Shown piece after piece: positions 8,674-18,295 of a stretch of 64,000 bases of DNA. The position numbers were made by a program, and so were the translations under genes. The notes below the pieces were generated by a model. It was not told the origin of the DNA. It saw only the letters and a program-made list of their open reading frames with translations, and searched no databases. This stretch comes from Candidatus Limnocylindria bacterium (GTDB taxonomy: Bacteria; Eisenbacteria; RBG-16-71-46), in the NCBI GenBank assembly GCA_035632955.1, contig DASQFU010000008.1:102-64101 (forward strand). The letters run 5' to 3'. Numbering within the stretch: the stretch's first letter is position 1; every line of letters starts with the position of its first letter.

Positions 8674-10185
8674 TTAGTGGACGTGGCCTTCAGGTGGGCC
8701 GGAGCGTAGGAGTGCGGCGCGCCGAATCGCGGCACCGCCGCGGGTCACGACGCGGGAACCCTCCGGCAGGCCTTCCGCGACCAGGCTGTCGCCCTGGCTC
8801 GCGGCGACTCGGATTTCCTGGCGGATGAAGCTCTCTCCTTCGACTTGGACGTACACGACCGGCACGCCGCCGTCGTCGATCAGAGCCGAAGAGGGGAGAA
8901 CGATCCCGCGCGCTTCCTGCGGCAACAGAATCTCGGCCTCAACTGCTGCTCCGGGCCGCAGTGGCAGGTCCGTTCGGAGCTCGAGAATCACCGCCAGAGA
9001 GCCGGTCGTTCGGCTGATCTCCGGTGCACGCGAGACCAGCCGCACTTCCCCACGTCTGAACACTTCAGGCGCCTGACCGCCGGGAGGATGCAGCACGAGC
9101 CCTGTGATTCCTTGGGCCAGTGCTCCGGCATCTGCGGGGCGCAGCGCCACCTCGACCCACAGCGGCTTTGTCTGAACTACTCGCGCCAGCGGCGTTCCTG
9201 CCGCAACTGCCTGCCCCGGCACCACCAGGACCTCGGCGATCCTCCCGGCGAGGGGCGAACGGACAGCGACTTGCGAACCGCCGCCGCCGCCTACAGCCCG
9301 AAGCTCAGCGGAGAGCGTCTTGACTCGGGCACGCGCCTCCTCGACTTCCGCCTGGCTGACGGCCTCGAGTTTGAGCAGCTCTTCGAGACGCCTCGACCGC
9401 GCCTGAGCGAGCTCGAACTCGGAGCGAATCTGCTCCAGGCTTCGGTCCGACCCCACTCGGGGCGTGAGCCGAACTACCGTGGCGCCGCGAGCGACGTCCA
9501 TCCCCACGAAGGCCCACGTCGTGGTCGCAACCACCCCGTCGAGCGGCGCGGTGAGGAGCGCCTCTCCGCCGGCCGCGGGCCGGATGCGCGCCGGACCGCG
9601 CACACCGCGATGCACCGCGCCTTCCCTGGCCCAGGCGGTGGCGAAGTCCGTGCGCCACTGCTGTTCCTTCAGGAAGCTGATCGGCTCGCCGGCGGGCGGA
9701 TCCACCGGCGGACGATCGGGCGGTCCGTAGTGTGGTGGCTCGACGAGACGCCCGAGCGAGTCTCCCTCACCGACTCGGACGCGGCCGGCTCGGATTGTCT
9801 CGGCACCCGACGGACTCTCGACTTGGAACGAGAGGTCGAAGACGCCCGCTTGGGTCGGCTTGATCTCGATCGAGAAGATTCCATCCCGCAGCGCGTGCTC
9901 TTGGCGGAATACTTGTTCGGCTCGTTGGTCGCCGCGCAGGATCGCTGAGACGGTGCCTTCCTTGAGCGGCGGGAAGCCATCGAGAATGGTCACGTGCGTG
10001 TGCGACTTCGAGACCTGACCGACTACCAGAGGATCGGCTTCCGCGAAGATCTCGTACCGGTCGCCCCAGGCCGTGACCGCGATCCCTTCCTCCTCCTCGG
10101 TATGCGTCGTCTCGGTGCGGCGAGAACACGCACCGAGCGAACCCGCCACGAGGAGGACGGCGACTATTCGCAGAGCCTTCTTCAT
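8674..10185 (-). CDS. Efflux RND periplasmic adaptor (membrane-fusion protein, CusB/CzcB-like), lipoprotein-type signal
   Basis: 503 aa starting MKKALRIVAVLLVAGSLGAC. A coiled-coil hairpin (ELAQARSRRLEELLKLEAVSQAEVEEARARVKTL) is flanked by beta-barrel/lipoyl-like segments. There is a 15-nt gap to the pump gene. Confidence 0.9.
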   Translation of the reverse strand: MKKALRIVAVLLVAGSLGACSRRTETTHTEEEEGIAVTAWGDRYEIFAEADPLVVGQVSKSHTHVTILDGFPPLKEGTVSAILRGDQRAEQVFRQEHALRDGIFSIEIKPTQAGVFDLSFQVESPSGAETIRAGRVRVGEGDSLGRLVEPPHYGPPDRPPVDPPAGEPISFLKEQQWRTDFATAWAREGAVHRGVRGPARIRPAAGGEALLTAPLDGVVATTTWAFVGMDVARGATVVRLTPRVGSDRSLEQIRSEFELAQARSRRLEELLKLEAVSQAEVEEARARVKTLSAELRAVGGGGGSQVAVRSPLAGRIAEVLVVPGQAVAAGTPLARVVQTKPLWVEVALRPADAGALAQGITGLVLHPPGGQAPEVFRRGEVRLVSRAPEISRTTGSLAVILELRTDLPLRPGAAVEAEILLPQEARGIVLPSSALIDDGGVPVVYVQVEGESFIRQEIRVAASQGDSLVAEGLPEGSRVVTRGGAAIRRAALLRSGPPEGHVH

Positions 10186-11387
10186 CGGGATCCTCCGTCG
10201 GCAGTCAGGGGTCGCCCAGCGGCGAGCTCGAGAGTGCGATGTGCTTCGAGAGCGGCGGCGTAAAGGTCGAGGGTTGCCATGCGCGCGGACAAGACCGACC
10301 GAAGAGTCTCGAGGAGGTCCGTCAGCCGGCTCTCGCCGACGCGAAACGTGGCCGTGGCACTCTCCACGACCCGATCACTGTCACCAGCGGTTTCGAGCGC
10401 TTGGAGCGCAGCCTCCCGTAGCCGAAGGTACGCGGCCCGGGCGGCGACAAGTTCCGCACCGGCCCGAGTACTGGCGAGCTCCAGTCGAGCCTCTGCCGCC
10501 GATAGTCGCGCCGTCGCTTCGATTCGTTCTGGCTGCTGGCGCTCGAATAGCGGGACTGGCCAGCTCAGACTCACGATTGGCCCTTCGATCGTGCTCTGCT
10601 CCTGGATTTCCTGCCAGCCGAATCCGAGCTCGGGAAACTGAAGGAATCGGCGACCGAGACGGAGCAGCCACCGCGCTTGCTCGACTTCAGAGCGACGCGC
10701 GAGCAAGTCGGAGCGAAGCGGCGTCTGGATCGTGTCGGAGAGAGCTGGAAGCGGAGGCCGCTCTGCGCGTGACTCAGCCGAGAGTTCTCGATGCCAGGTC
10801 AATGCGAGAGCCCGCGCGCGGGTGGCGATAGCCTCCGTCCGCGCCGCTTCGGCTTGGACCTCGAGTGCCGCAAGCGTCAGTCGTCGCGCCGCGAGCCCGG
10901 ATTCCTCGCCGCTCCTGGCTCTCGCACGGCCCTGTTCTGCCAGGCGCTCGATGAGCCCGAGGTGCGACTGGATCACGGCGGTGCGTTCCGCGCTCAACGC
11001 CCACTCCGCGAATACCTGCCGCAACTCCGAGCGAAGCGAGAGGCGATTTGCCTTCAGCTCGTAGGTCGCCGCGTCCAGGCCCGCTTTGGCCGCGCGGACA
11101 GCCGCGCCCCTGCGACCGTCGAGCGGCGGTCTCCACGCAATCCGCCAGGTAGTCTGCTCGGCACCGTTCCGCGGCGCTTCGCGCTCGAACCCACCCACCG
11201 GATTGGGCAGCAGACCGGCCCGGACCCGTTCAGCCCTAGCGGTCCCAACGTGCTCAGACAACGCCACGATGCCCGGGTGGCGATCCCTAAGCAGCGAAAG
11301 AAACACCTCCTCGCTCACCCGTGGCTGTGCGTGAGCGAATGAAGAGCAGATCGTCGCAGCAACTACTGCTAGGAGTAGGCGCACCAT
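10182..11387 (-). CDS. TolC/CzcC-family outer-membrane efflux protein
   Basis: 401 aa with signal peptide MVRLLLAVVAATICSSFAHA. Two repeated alpha-helical/coiled-coil halves are typical of the OEP family. It overlaps the adaptor gene by 4 nt. Confidence 0.85.
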   Translation of the reverse strand: MVRLLLAVVAATICSSFAHAQPRVSEEVFLSLLRDRHPGIVALSEHVGTARAERVRAGLLPNPVGGFEREAPRNGAEQTTWRIAWRPPLDGRRGAAVRAAKAGLDAATYELKANRLSLRSELRQVFAEWALSAERTAVIQSHLGLIERLAEQGRARARSGEESGLAARRLTLAALEVQAEAARTEAIATRARALALTWHRELSAESRAERPPLPALSDTIQTPLRSDLLARRSEVEQARWLLRLGRRFLQFPELGFGWQEIQEQSTIEGPIVSLSWPVPLFERQQPERIEATARLSAAEARLELASTRAGAELVAARAAYLRLREAALQALETAGDSDRVVESATATFRVGESRLTDLLETLRSVLSARMATLDLYAAALEAHRTLELAAGRPLTADGGSR

Positions 11388-11469
11388 GGCATCTCCGATC
11401 GAGCGTCCTGAGAGAAAGAACAGGGACGACCAAGCCTTGAGGCAGTTAGGAGGCCTCAGGCCAGCTCGA

Positions 11470-11838
11470 TCAGATCAGCAGGATGGTGAGGTGCTCGAGT
11501 GTGAAGGGTCTTCCGCGGGGACGCGGGTCAGGGGCTGGCCGATCGAATGCCAGGTGCGCAGGAGACCATTGGTCCGCCAGGATGGCGAGCACGGGTGCCT
11601 GTGCTTGCAGCCGCGATCCGGGGAGGAGTGGCAGCCACATCGAACTCGAGAGCTGATGTTCGTGGTCGAGCCCGGCGTCGGGATGGAGCAATAGCGTCGT
11701 ACCAGCGCGCGACTCGTGGTGGTGCTGGTGCCCCACATGCTCCGCTTCGACATGAAGCCAGAGCAGTTGACCCAAGGAACCCGACAGGAGCCAGGCCAAG
11801 AGCGAGACTACCGCGATCCTACGCACCCATGGACGCAT
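11470..11838 (-). CDS. Small His-rich membrane-anchored or secreted protein heading the RND operon (function unknown)
   Basis: ATG 11838 gives MRPWVRRIAVVSLLAWLLSGSLG, followed by HVEAEHVGHQHHHE and DHEH. It is on the same strand, 82 nt upstream of the OMP gene. Third-position GC is coding-like but weaker than in neighbouring genes. An alternative TTG start at 11871 would add SGHECTECRA. Confidence 0.5.
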   Translation of the reverse strand: MRPWVRRIAVVSLLAWLLSGSLGQLLWLHVEAEHVGHQHHHESRAGTTLLLHPDAGLDHEHQLSSSMWLPLLPGSRLQAQAPVLAILADQWSPAHLAFDRPAPDPRPRGRPFTLEHLTILLI

Positions 11839-11972
11839 CGCGCGGCATTCTGTGCATTCATGGCCGGACAAGTCAATGTCGGGTAAACCGGTGTTCCAGG
11901 TCTCGCAGTTTGCGGCAGGTTCCTTCGGCCACTAGACTGCCGCGGCCCGCCTCCCTGTCTCGGGAATCCACC

Positions 11973-13415
11973 ATGACTTCCTCCGATTTCGACGCCGTTC
12001 CGGACCTCGCCGCACGGCTGCCGCGCGAGCTGGTCTCCGAGCTGCTCGCACTCGGGCGTGCGTCCGGCGCGGAGTTCGCGGAGGTGTACGCCGAGCACAA
12101 CGTGCAGACGGCGTTCACGCTCGAAGAGGATCGTCTCAAGAGCTCCCGCTACAGCGTGCTGCAGGGAGTGGGCGTGCGTGCGGTGCACGGCGAGCAGACC
12201 GGCTACGCCTACGCCGATGGCTTCGCGCCGGACGACCTGCGCGAGGCGGCGCGTGTCGCCGCCCGCATCGCCCGCGAAGAGCCGGCGGGCGAGGCGCCGC
12301 GTGGCTTTCGCGTCGTGGACGCGCCGGCGCCGTTCACGCTGGCGTGCCCCGCGCCGACCAGCCTGGACGAGCCGGCCAAGATTGAGCTCTGCCGGCGCGC
12401 TAATCACGCCGCGCGTGCGCACGACGGCCGCATCCACGAGGTCTCGGTTTCGCTCGCCGATGCGAGCAAATCGTTCCTGGTCGCCAACAGCGATCACCTG
12501 TGGGCCGAGGACCGGCAGTTCCTCACGCGCCTGACGGTGTCCGCGCTGGCGCTCGCGGGCACCGAACGCCAGCAGGGATTCGCCGCCGCCGGCGGCTGCG
12601 TGGAGGCTCGGTACTTCGATCAGGTGCGCACTCCCGAGGCAGTCGCCTCGGAAGCGGCCGCAATGGCGATCACGCTGCTCGCCGCGCACGACCCGGAAGC
12701 CGGCGCGTATCCGGTCGTCGTCTCGCCCGGCTGGGGCGGCGTCATGGTGCACGAGTGTTTCGGTCACAGCATGGAAGGCGACACGATCCGCAAGCACACG
12801 TCGATCCGCGCCACACAGATGGGCCAGCACGTGGCGTCCAAGGGCGTGACGATCGTCGACAGCGGGCTCGTCCCCTACAGCCGCGGATCGTTTCGCGTCG
12901 ACGACGAAGGCACTCCGTCGCAACGCACGGTGCTGGTCGAGGACGGCGTCTTGGTCGGCTATCTCTGGGATTGGCTGAACGGACGGCTCACCGGTCATCC
13001 GCCGACCGGCAACGGGCGACGGAACTCGTACCGCGACTATCCGCTGTGCCGGATGACCAACACCTACATCGAGGCGGGGCCGCACCGCCCCGAGGATCTG
13101 ATCGCGTCGGTCTCCCGCGGGCTCTACTGCAAGAGCCTCGGCGGCGGATCGGTCAATCCGGCCGACGGCAACTTCTCGTTTCAGGTCACCGAGGCCTACC
13201 AGATCGAGAACGGCAAGCTCACGCATCCGGTGCGGAACGCCACGCTCGCCGGCAACGGAAACGACGCGATGCTCAAGATCGACGCGGTCGCGAACGACCT
13301 CGAGATCGACGGCACGAGGGGTTCGTGCGGCAAGAACGGCCAGTGGAAACCGGTCGGCGTCGGCCAGCCGACCGTGAAGTTCCGGGAGATCACGGTCGGA
13401 GGAACGCAGGCGTGA
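11973..13415 (+). CDS. tldD: TldD metalloprotease
   Basis: ORF 11547..13415 trimmed to ATG 11973 (MTSSDFDAVPDLAARLP). It has the HExxxH motif HECFGHSMEGD and the conserved C-terminus GSCGKNGQWKPVGVGQPTVKF. Confidence 0.95.
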   Translation: MTSSDFDAVPDLAARLPRELVSELLALGRASGAEFAEVYAEHNVQTAFTLEEDRLKSSRYSVLQGVGVRAVHGEQTGYAYADGFAPDDLREAARVAARIAREEPAGEAPRGFRVVDAPAPFTLACPAPTSLDEPAKIELCRRANHAARAHDGRIHEVSVSLADASKSFLVANSDHLWAEDRQFLTRLTVSALALAGTERQQGFAAAGGCVEARYFDQVRTPEAVASEAAAMAITLLAAHDPEAGAYPVVVSPGWGGVMVHECFGHSMEGDTIRKHTSIRATQMGQHVASKGVTIVDSGLVPYSRGSFRVDDEGTPSQRTVLVEDGVLVGYLWDWLNGRLTGHPPTGNGRRNSYRDYPLCRMTNTYIEAGPHRPEDLIASVSRGLYCKSLGGGSVNPADGNFSFQVTEAYQIENGKLTHPVRNATLAGNGNDAMLKIDAVANDLEIDGTRGSCGKNGQWKPVGVGQPTVKFREITVGGTQA

Positions 13416-14809
13416 CGCCCGCCTCACTATCGGCGACTCAGCCGGTGCCGCTCGCGGCGCTCGAGTCGGTCGCGGCCGGCGCCGTCGAGCGCGCGCGGCG
13501 GGCGGGCGCCGACGAGGCCGAGGCGTGCGTCGAGAGCACGCGCGGATTCGGCGTGCGGGTGAACGCAGGGCAGATCGAGTCGCTGAAGCACAGCGCCACC
13601 TACGGGCTCGGACTTCGCGTGGTCGTGGCCGGAGCGGTCGGATTCGTCTCGACGACCGACCTCGCTGCCAGCGCGCTCGACGACGTCGCGCGCAAAGCGG
13701 TGGCGTTCGCGCGCCTCTCGACGCCGGAGCCCGCGAACGCATTGCCGACTCCGAGCGAGGCGAGCGGCGAGCCGCCCGGGGACCTCGGCCTCTTCGATCC
13801 GGAGCTGATCGAGCTCCCTGCGGAGCGCAAGATCGAGATGGCGCTCACGCTCGAGCGAATCGCGCTCGGCTACGACCCGCGCATCCGGCGCACCGATGGG
13901 GTTCGCGTCGCGACCCGGGACGGCTCGGTGGCGGTCGTCAACTCCGCCGGCGTCTCGTGCGCTTGGAGCGGCACGTCGGCGAGCCTGTCCGTCGTCGCGC
14001 TGGCCGAGGACCGCGACGGCAAGCAGCAGTCCGGAGGCTACGGGCTCGGCAAGCGGCGCCTGCGCGACCTGCCCGCCCTCGAGGAGGTTGCGAACGAAGC
14101 GGGCCGCCGCGCCGTTGCGCGCATCGGGGCGCGCACCGTGCCGGCCGCGCGCGTCCCGGTGATCCTGCATCCGGACATCGCGGCCGCGTGGTTGTCCGAG
14201 ATCTATGATGCGTTCACCGGCGAGGCCGTGATTCGCAAGGCGTCGTGGCTGACGGAGAAGCTCGGCGAGACCATCGCCTCCCCGCTCGTGAAGCTGGTGG
14301 ACGACGGCCGCATGCGGGGCGGCCTCGGCTCTGCCCCGTTCGACGGCGAAGGCATCCCCACCCGGCGCAACGTGCTGATCGAAAACGGCCGCTGCGCCAT
14401 GTTCGCCTATGACGCCTATCACGCGCGGCGTGCCGGCACGCGCTCGACCGGCAACGCCGTGCGCTCGTACGACTCGTTGCCCGGCATCGGCTATCACAAT
14501 CTGTTCCTGGAGCCGGGTGACGACTCGCCGGAGGCGATCATCGCGCGCGTCGACCATGGCTTCTACATGGACGACCAGGGATCGTTCGGCTACAACGAGG
14601 TGACCGGCGACTATTCCTATCAAGCTCAGGGCTACTGGATCGAGAAGGGCGAGAAGGCGTTCCCGGTCGAAGGCGTCACCGTCGCTTCGACCTCGCTCGC
14701 GATGCTCGGTCAGATCGCGGCCGTCGGCAACGACCTCAGGTTCGAGGATCACGTCAGCTCGCCGACCCTGCTGATCTCCGAGATGACGGTGAGCGGCGCC
14801 GGCGAGTAG
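13412..14809 (+). CDS. pmbA: PmbA/TldE protease partner of TldD
   Basis: GTG 13412 overlaps the tldD stop (GTGA). Family-typical segments include RGFGVRVNAGQIESLKHS and the C-terminus MLGQIAAVGNDLRFEDHVSSPTLLISEMTVSG. Confidence 0.9.
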   Translation: MTPASLSATQPVPLAALESVAAGAVERARRAGADEAEACVESTRGFGVRVNAGQIESLKHSATYGLGLRVVVAGAVGFVSTTDLAASALDDVARKAVAFARLSTPEPANALPTPSEASGEPPGDLGLFDPELIELPAERKIEMALTLERIALGYDPRIRRTDGVRVATRDGSVAVVNSAGVSCAWSGTSASLSVVALAEDRDGKQQSGGYGLGKRRLRDLPALEEVANEAGRRAVARIGARTVPAARVPVILHPDIAAAWLSEIYDAFTGEAVIRKASWLTEKLGETIASPLVKLVDDGRMRGGLGSAPFDGEGIPTRRNVLIENGRCAMFAYDAYHARRAGTRSTGNAVRSYDSLPGIGYHNLFLEPGDDSPEAIIARVDHGFYMDDQGSFGYNEVTGDYSYQAQGYWIEKGEKAFPVEGVTVASTSLAMLGQIAAVGNDLRFEDHVSSPTLLISEMTVSGAGE

Positions 14810-14997
14810 CCGCCCGGCGCTTCGCGGTAACTCCCTTTTTACTTTTTCCTCGCAGCCTCACAACACGCGACGCTCAGAATCGCGTGCGTTGAGGGCGGGT
14901 GCAGGTCCAGAAGGCGACGCGCCGATCCCAAGCGAGCCTCGGACCCACCCACAGGCGGGGAGCCACACGGCGACCTGCCTGTTCCTTATCTAGGGAA

Positions 14998-16206
14998 CTA
15001 CGAGTTGCGGAACGACGACACCAGCGCGACCGACCGGCGCGCCGTCGCGTCGGGCTTCTTCGCGTGACCCAGGCGGATCAGCATCAGCGGGTGTTCGTCG
15101 CGGGTCCGGAACCGACGCAGCAGGTCGGCGCGGTGTTTCTCGACCTCGATCGGCGCGTTCACGGGCTGGTGGGCGATGCCGAGCTGCGTCGCCTTCAGCG
15201 CCAGCCGCTCGTAGGCCTGCCCTGCGTTAAGGGCCAGCGTTTCGCTGCGCTGGGGCGAGCACAGGAGCGCGACCGCGCCGGACGAGCGCATCGTCTCGCG
15301 CGCCTGCTTGGCCGCGCTGCCGGCGCCGTAGCGCAGGAACCAGCTCTTGGGGTTGAAGTAGCGCCCGGCGAACCACTTCGCCGGGCCGCCGAGCTCGAGC
15401 GCGTCGAGCGAGACACCATCACCCCGCTTCTCGATCTCCTTCCTCTCGAACCGCATCCAGGCCATGCGCTCGGCTTGCGCGCGCGGGTCGAGCACCTGCT
15501 CCCGCGTCGCCTCGTACGCCAGATCGCCGAGCGAGCGGATCTCGTCCCGATCGTCCAGCCAATGCAACCGCAGATCTTCCGGGATCTGGGCCGAGAGCTG
15601 GGCGCGGTTCTGCATGAAGATTCCGCGACCGTCGTAGTTGCGGCGGTTGGTGCGGCGCTCGGGAATCGCGGCGAACAACTGGCGGTCGCGGCGGAGCTCG
15701 CCGTTGGTCCACGAGATTTGCGCGACCACGTCGGCGGCGCCTTCGTTCGGGAAATAAGCCACCGTCGGTCTCAGGCCATAGGCGCGCGCGGCGACCAGCA
15801 TGTTCTCCAACGCCGCGCCGAGCGAGAGCATCATGCTGCGGCGGTCGGGGTCGGTGACCGGGAGCGCGCGCGACGTGTCGGCCACGAGCCGGATCGCGCC
15901 CGCATCCACTTCCCAACGCCACGGCTGACTATTCCAGTTGCTGGGGGCCAGCACGCCGGCGCCGATCAGTGCCCGAGCCAGCTCGACCTGGTTCGAGGGC
16001 GGGCTTTCAGGCAGCGTCCAGGGCTGGAGGTTCGCGAGCTTGCGCGAAGCCCTGGCCGCCCAACTGACGTGCGGCTGCAACGCGACGTACGCCGTCGCGC
16101 CCCCGACCACGATCAAAAAGCGTCGGCGGTCGATCGGCACGGTCCAAAACGTCGGCGCTTCATTGCCGGGAGTGCGGCCCGGTGAACGAATCATGGGCGG
16201 TGACAC
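14998..16206 (-). CDS. Tat-signal nitroreductase-family FMN oxidoreductase (Acg-like)
   Basis: 402 aa. The twin-arginine motif IDRRRFLIVVGGATAYVAL is followed by two nitroreductase-like halves (SNWNSQPWRW, ERRTNRRNYDGR). Confidence 0.85.
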   Translation of the reverse strand: MSPPMIRSPGRTPGNEAPTFWTVPIDRRRFLIVVGGATAYVALQPHVSWAARASRKLANLQPWTLPESPPSNQVELARALIGAGVLAPSNWNSQPWRWEVDAGAIRLVADTSRALPVTDPDRRSMMLSLGAALENMLVAARAYGLRPTVAYFPNEGAADVVAQISWTNGELRRDRQLFAAIPERRTNRRNYDGRGIFMQNRAQLSAQIPEDLRLHWLDDRDEIRSLGDLAYEATREQVLDPRAQAERMAWMRFERKEIEKRGDGVSLDALELGGPAKWFAGRYFNPKSWFLRYGAGSAAKQARETMRSSGAVALLCSPQRSETLALNAGQAYERLALKATQLGIAHQPVNAPIEVEKHRADLLRRFRTRDEHPLMLIRLGHAKKPDATARRSVALVSSFRNS

Positions 16207-16341
16207 TGAGGGAGCGGCTCGGGCAGGTCAACCCGGGAGCCCCAAGTGGGCCGAGCGAGAGGGGTTGGGGGTTGCCGGGCGGGGCCAAGGCGCCGGCGTG
16301 ATCGCTTGCCGGCCCGCGAAGTGGCGGACTAACGTCCGGCC

Positions 16342-16851
16342 ATGCCCCCCGCCCGCCTGGTGACCGATGCGTCGCTCGACTACGTCGCGCGGCGTCTGCG
16401 GTGTCTCGGATTCGACGTCGCGACGATCCGCGGCGCGCGACTCGAGGAGCTGTTCGAAGCCGGACGGCGCGAAGGCCGCACGGTTCTGACCTTGAGCGCG
16501 CGCCACCCAAGGCGGTTCGCCGACGTCCCTGCGATGGTCGTGGCGCGCGGAGATGCGGCCGCAGCCGTGCGCGCCGTCGATCGGGCTCATGAACCTGCGG
16601 GCGAGCCGTTCAGCCGCTGTCCGGCGTGCAACACTGCGCTGCAGCGCCGCCATCCGCTCGAAGCGCGCGGCGAGGTGCCGGGGAACGTCGTGCGCCGATC
16701 ACAGTCGTTGACCTACTGCGGGACGTGCGGCAAGTGGTACTGGGAAGGGAGTCACGTGGATCGCGTGCGGGAGTGGCTGGAGCGCACGCTCGGGCGGCCG
16801 TTCGCTCCGCCCGCCGGTCCGGCCCCGGCGAGCACCGCGCCGAACGCTTAG
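16342..16851 (+). CDS. Mut7-C (PIN-like) RNase domain protein with zinc ribbon
   Basis: 169 aa. It has LDYVARRLRCLGFDV at the N-terminus and FSRCPACNTAL...YCGTCGKWYWEGSH at the C-terminus, the characteristic Mut7-C pattern. Confidence 0.85.
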   Translation: MPPARLVTDASLDYVARRLRCLGFDVATIRGARLEELFEAGRREGRTVLTLSARHPRRFADVPAMVVARGDAAAAVRAVDRAHEPAGEPFSRCPACNTALQRRHPLEARGEVPGNVVRRSQSLTYCGTCGKWYWEGSHVDRVREWLERTLGRPFAPPAGPAPASTAPNA

Positions 16852-16989
16852 GCTCGCGCCGGTGTGAAGCTCTTTCGCCCGTTCCAGCGCGCGCTACTGC
16901 TCCGCTGCCCGGCGGCGCGGGCCGATCTCCCGTTCCGGCCGGCGCACGAGCAGGATTTCGCGGCGACGGAAGAGCTGTGAAGGCGCGCT

Positions 16990-17805
16990 TCAGCGCGCTG
17001 CCATCAGCGCGTTGATCTCGTCGTAGGTCATTCCCTGACCGGCCACGGCTTCCGAGGCTCCATTCCGCAGGAAGTCCTTCGCCATTTGCGCGATTCGCCC
17101 GAGGGTGGCTCGGGCCATACCCGAGCCCGCGCTCAAGCGCCGGACGCCGAGCGCCTGGAGCTCCGCCGCCGCGGGCAGGCCGCGCAGCGCCAGAACGTTC
17201 ACGGGCAACGGCACCGCCGACGTGATCGCCCGGATCTCGGCGGGGTCCACGATCGCGGGGACGAAGATCCCGTCCGCGCCGGCGGCACGATAGCGTTCGG
17301 CGCGAGCGAGCATCTCGCCGACCCGCCGCGCCTCGGTGACGAGGCCGAGCAGGTAGACGTCCGTGCGCGCGTTCACGAATAGGTCGACGCCTAGCCGCGC
17401 GCTCGCGCGCTTCACCGCCTCGATCTTGGCGCACAGCAGGTCCGGCTCGCCCGTGCCGTCTTCGAGGTTGATGCCGACCGCTCCAGCGTCGATCAAGCGG
17501 GCGACGGTTTCGCCGACGGTCGCTGGATCGTTCGCATAGCCGCCTTCGGCGTCCACACTGAGCGGCACACTCACGACCCGCGCGATGTCCGCAACGGTCG
17601 CCGCCAGCAGCGGCACCGGAAGCAAGTCTCCGTCGGCGTAGCCGTGGGACCACGCCACTCCCGCGCTGGTGGTCGCGAGGGCTTTGGCGCCCAGGCTCTC
17701 GACCAACCGTGCGCTGCCGGCGTCCCAGACATTGGCGAGGACGAGCAATCCCTGTGCATGCAGCCGATGAAACACTTCGGCAGAGGTCGCGTCCTTCGTG
17801 GGCAT
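16990..17805 (-). CDS. Isocitrate lyase/PEP mutase superfamily protein (2-methylisocitrate lyase / phosphorylmutase-like)
   Basis: 271 aa containing LLVLANVWDAGSARLVESLGAKALATTSAG and VGINLEDG, typical of the ICL/PEPM TIM-barrel family. Confidence 0.85.
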   Translation of the reverse strand: MPTKDATSAEVFHRLHAQGLLVLANVWDAGSARLVESLGAKALATTSAGVAWSHGYADGDLLPVPLLAATVADIARVVSVPLSVDAEGGYANDPATVGETVARLIDAGAVGINLEDGTGEPDLLCAKIEAVKRASARLGVDLFVNARTDVYLLGLVTEARRVGEMLARAERYRAAGADGIFVPAIVDPAEIRAITSAVPLPVNVLALRGLPAAAELQALGVRRLSAGSGMARATLGRIAQMAKDFLRNGASEAVAGQGMTYDEINALMAAR

Positions 17806-17839
17806 GGTGGCGTTCCTTTCTCGGCTGTGCCGGTTTCGC

Positions 17840-18295
17840 TCAGGGGCATTCGAGCGACGATGCGAGCTGGCGCGCCTTGCGCGCCATCGACTCCGCGCGC
17901 CACAGCTCGTCGCGTTTCAGCGCCGCGCGCGCCTGCACGAGCAGACTCCGTGTGCTCTCGACCACCGACTCCTGGTCGGGCAACAGGGTGCGCGCGAGGC
18001 AGCGCTTGACCGCGCGCGACGCAGAGGTCGTGTCCGCGACGATCCGCGTCAAGGACCGCTTGCGAGCGGCGGGCGTCATGATGGTCTCGACGGCTGCCGC
18101 CGGTCGCGGCGAGGACGGGGTCGTGGCCGGCGTGCGCTTGGGCCTGGCGGCGACGGTGTCGGGCTCCGGCGGCGGTTGGGTCGGGGTCGGGCGCGATTCG
18201 ATCGGAACCCCCTGCGGGCGCCGCGGCGCATGAGCGCACGACACGGCACCAATGGCGAGCGCGAGCACGACGACGAGACGAACTTGGAGCGACAT
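17840..18295 (-). CDS. Putative lipoprotein, Pro/Thr-rich linker, function unknown
   Basis: ORF 17840..18433 trimmed to ATG 18295 (MSLQVRLVVVLALAIGAVSCAH, a lipobox-like AVSC). A P/T-rich linker is followed by a helical C-terminal domain. Confidence 0.55.
   Translation of the reverse strand: MSLQVRLVVVLALAIGAVSCAHAPRRPQGVPIESRPTPTQPPPEPDTVAARPKRTPATTPSSPRPAAAVETIMTPAARKRSLTRIVADTTSASRAVKRCLARTLLPDQESVVESTRSLLVQARAALKRDELWRAESMARKARQLASSLECP

Noticed and set aside
11808-14752. Long minus-strand ORFs 11808-13742 (644 aa) and 13427-14752 (441 aa), plus the long N-terminal extensions of ORFs 11547 and 12500
   Set aside because: They are Arg-rich shadow frames antisense to tldD and pmbA. The plus-strand frames carry unmistakable TldD/PmbA motifs starting at 11973 and 13412.
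14811-14890. T-rich tract (ctttttactttttcc) and imperfect hairpin CAACACGCG...CGCGTGCGTTG between the convergent pmbA and nitroreductase genes
   Set aside because: The stems are short or bulged, and the T-run precedes the better hairpin instead of following it. This is too weak to call a terminator.
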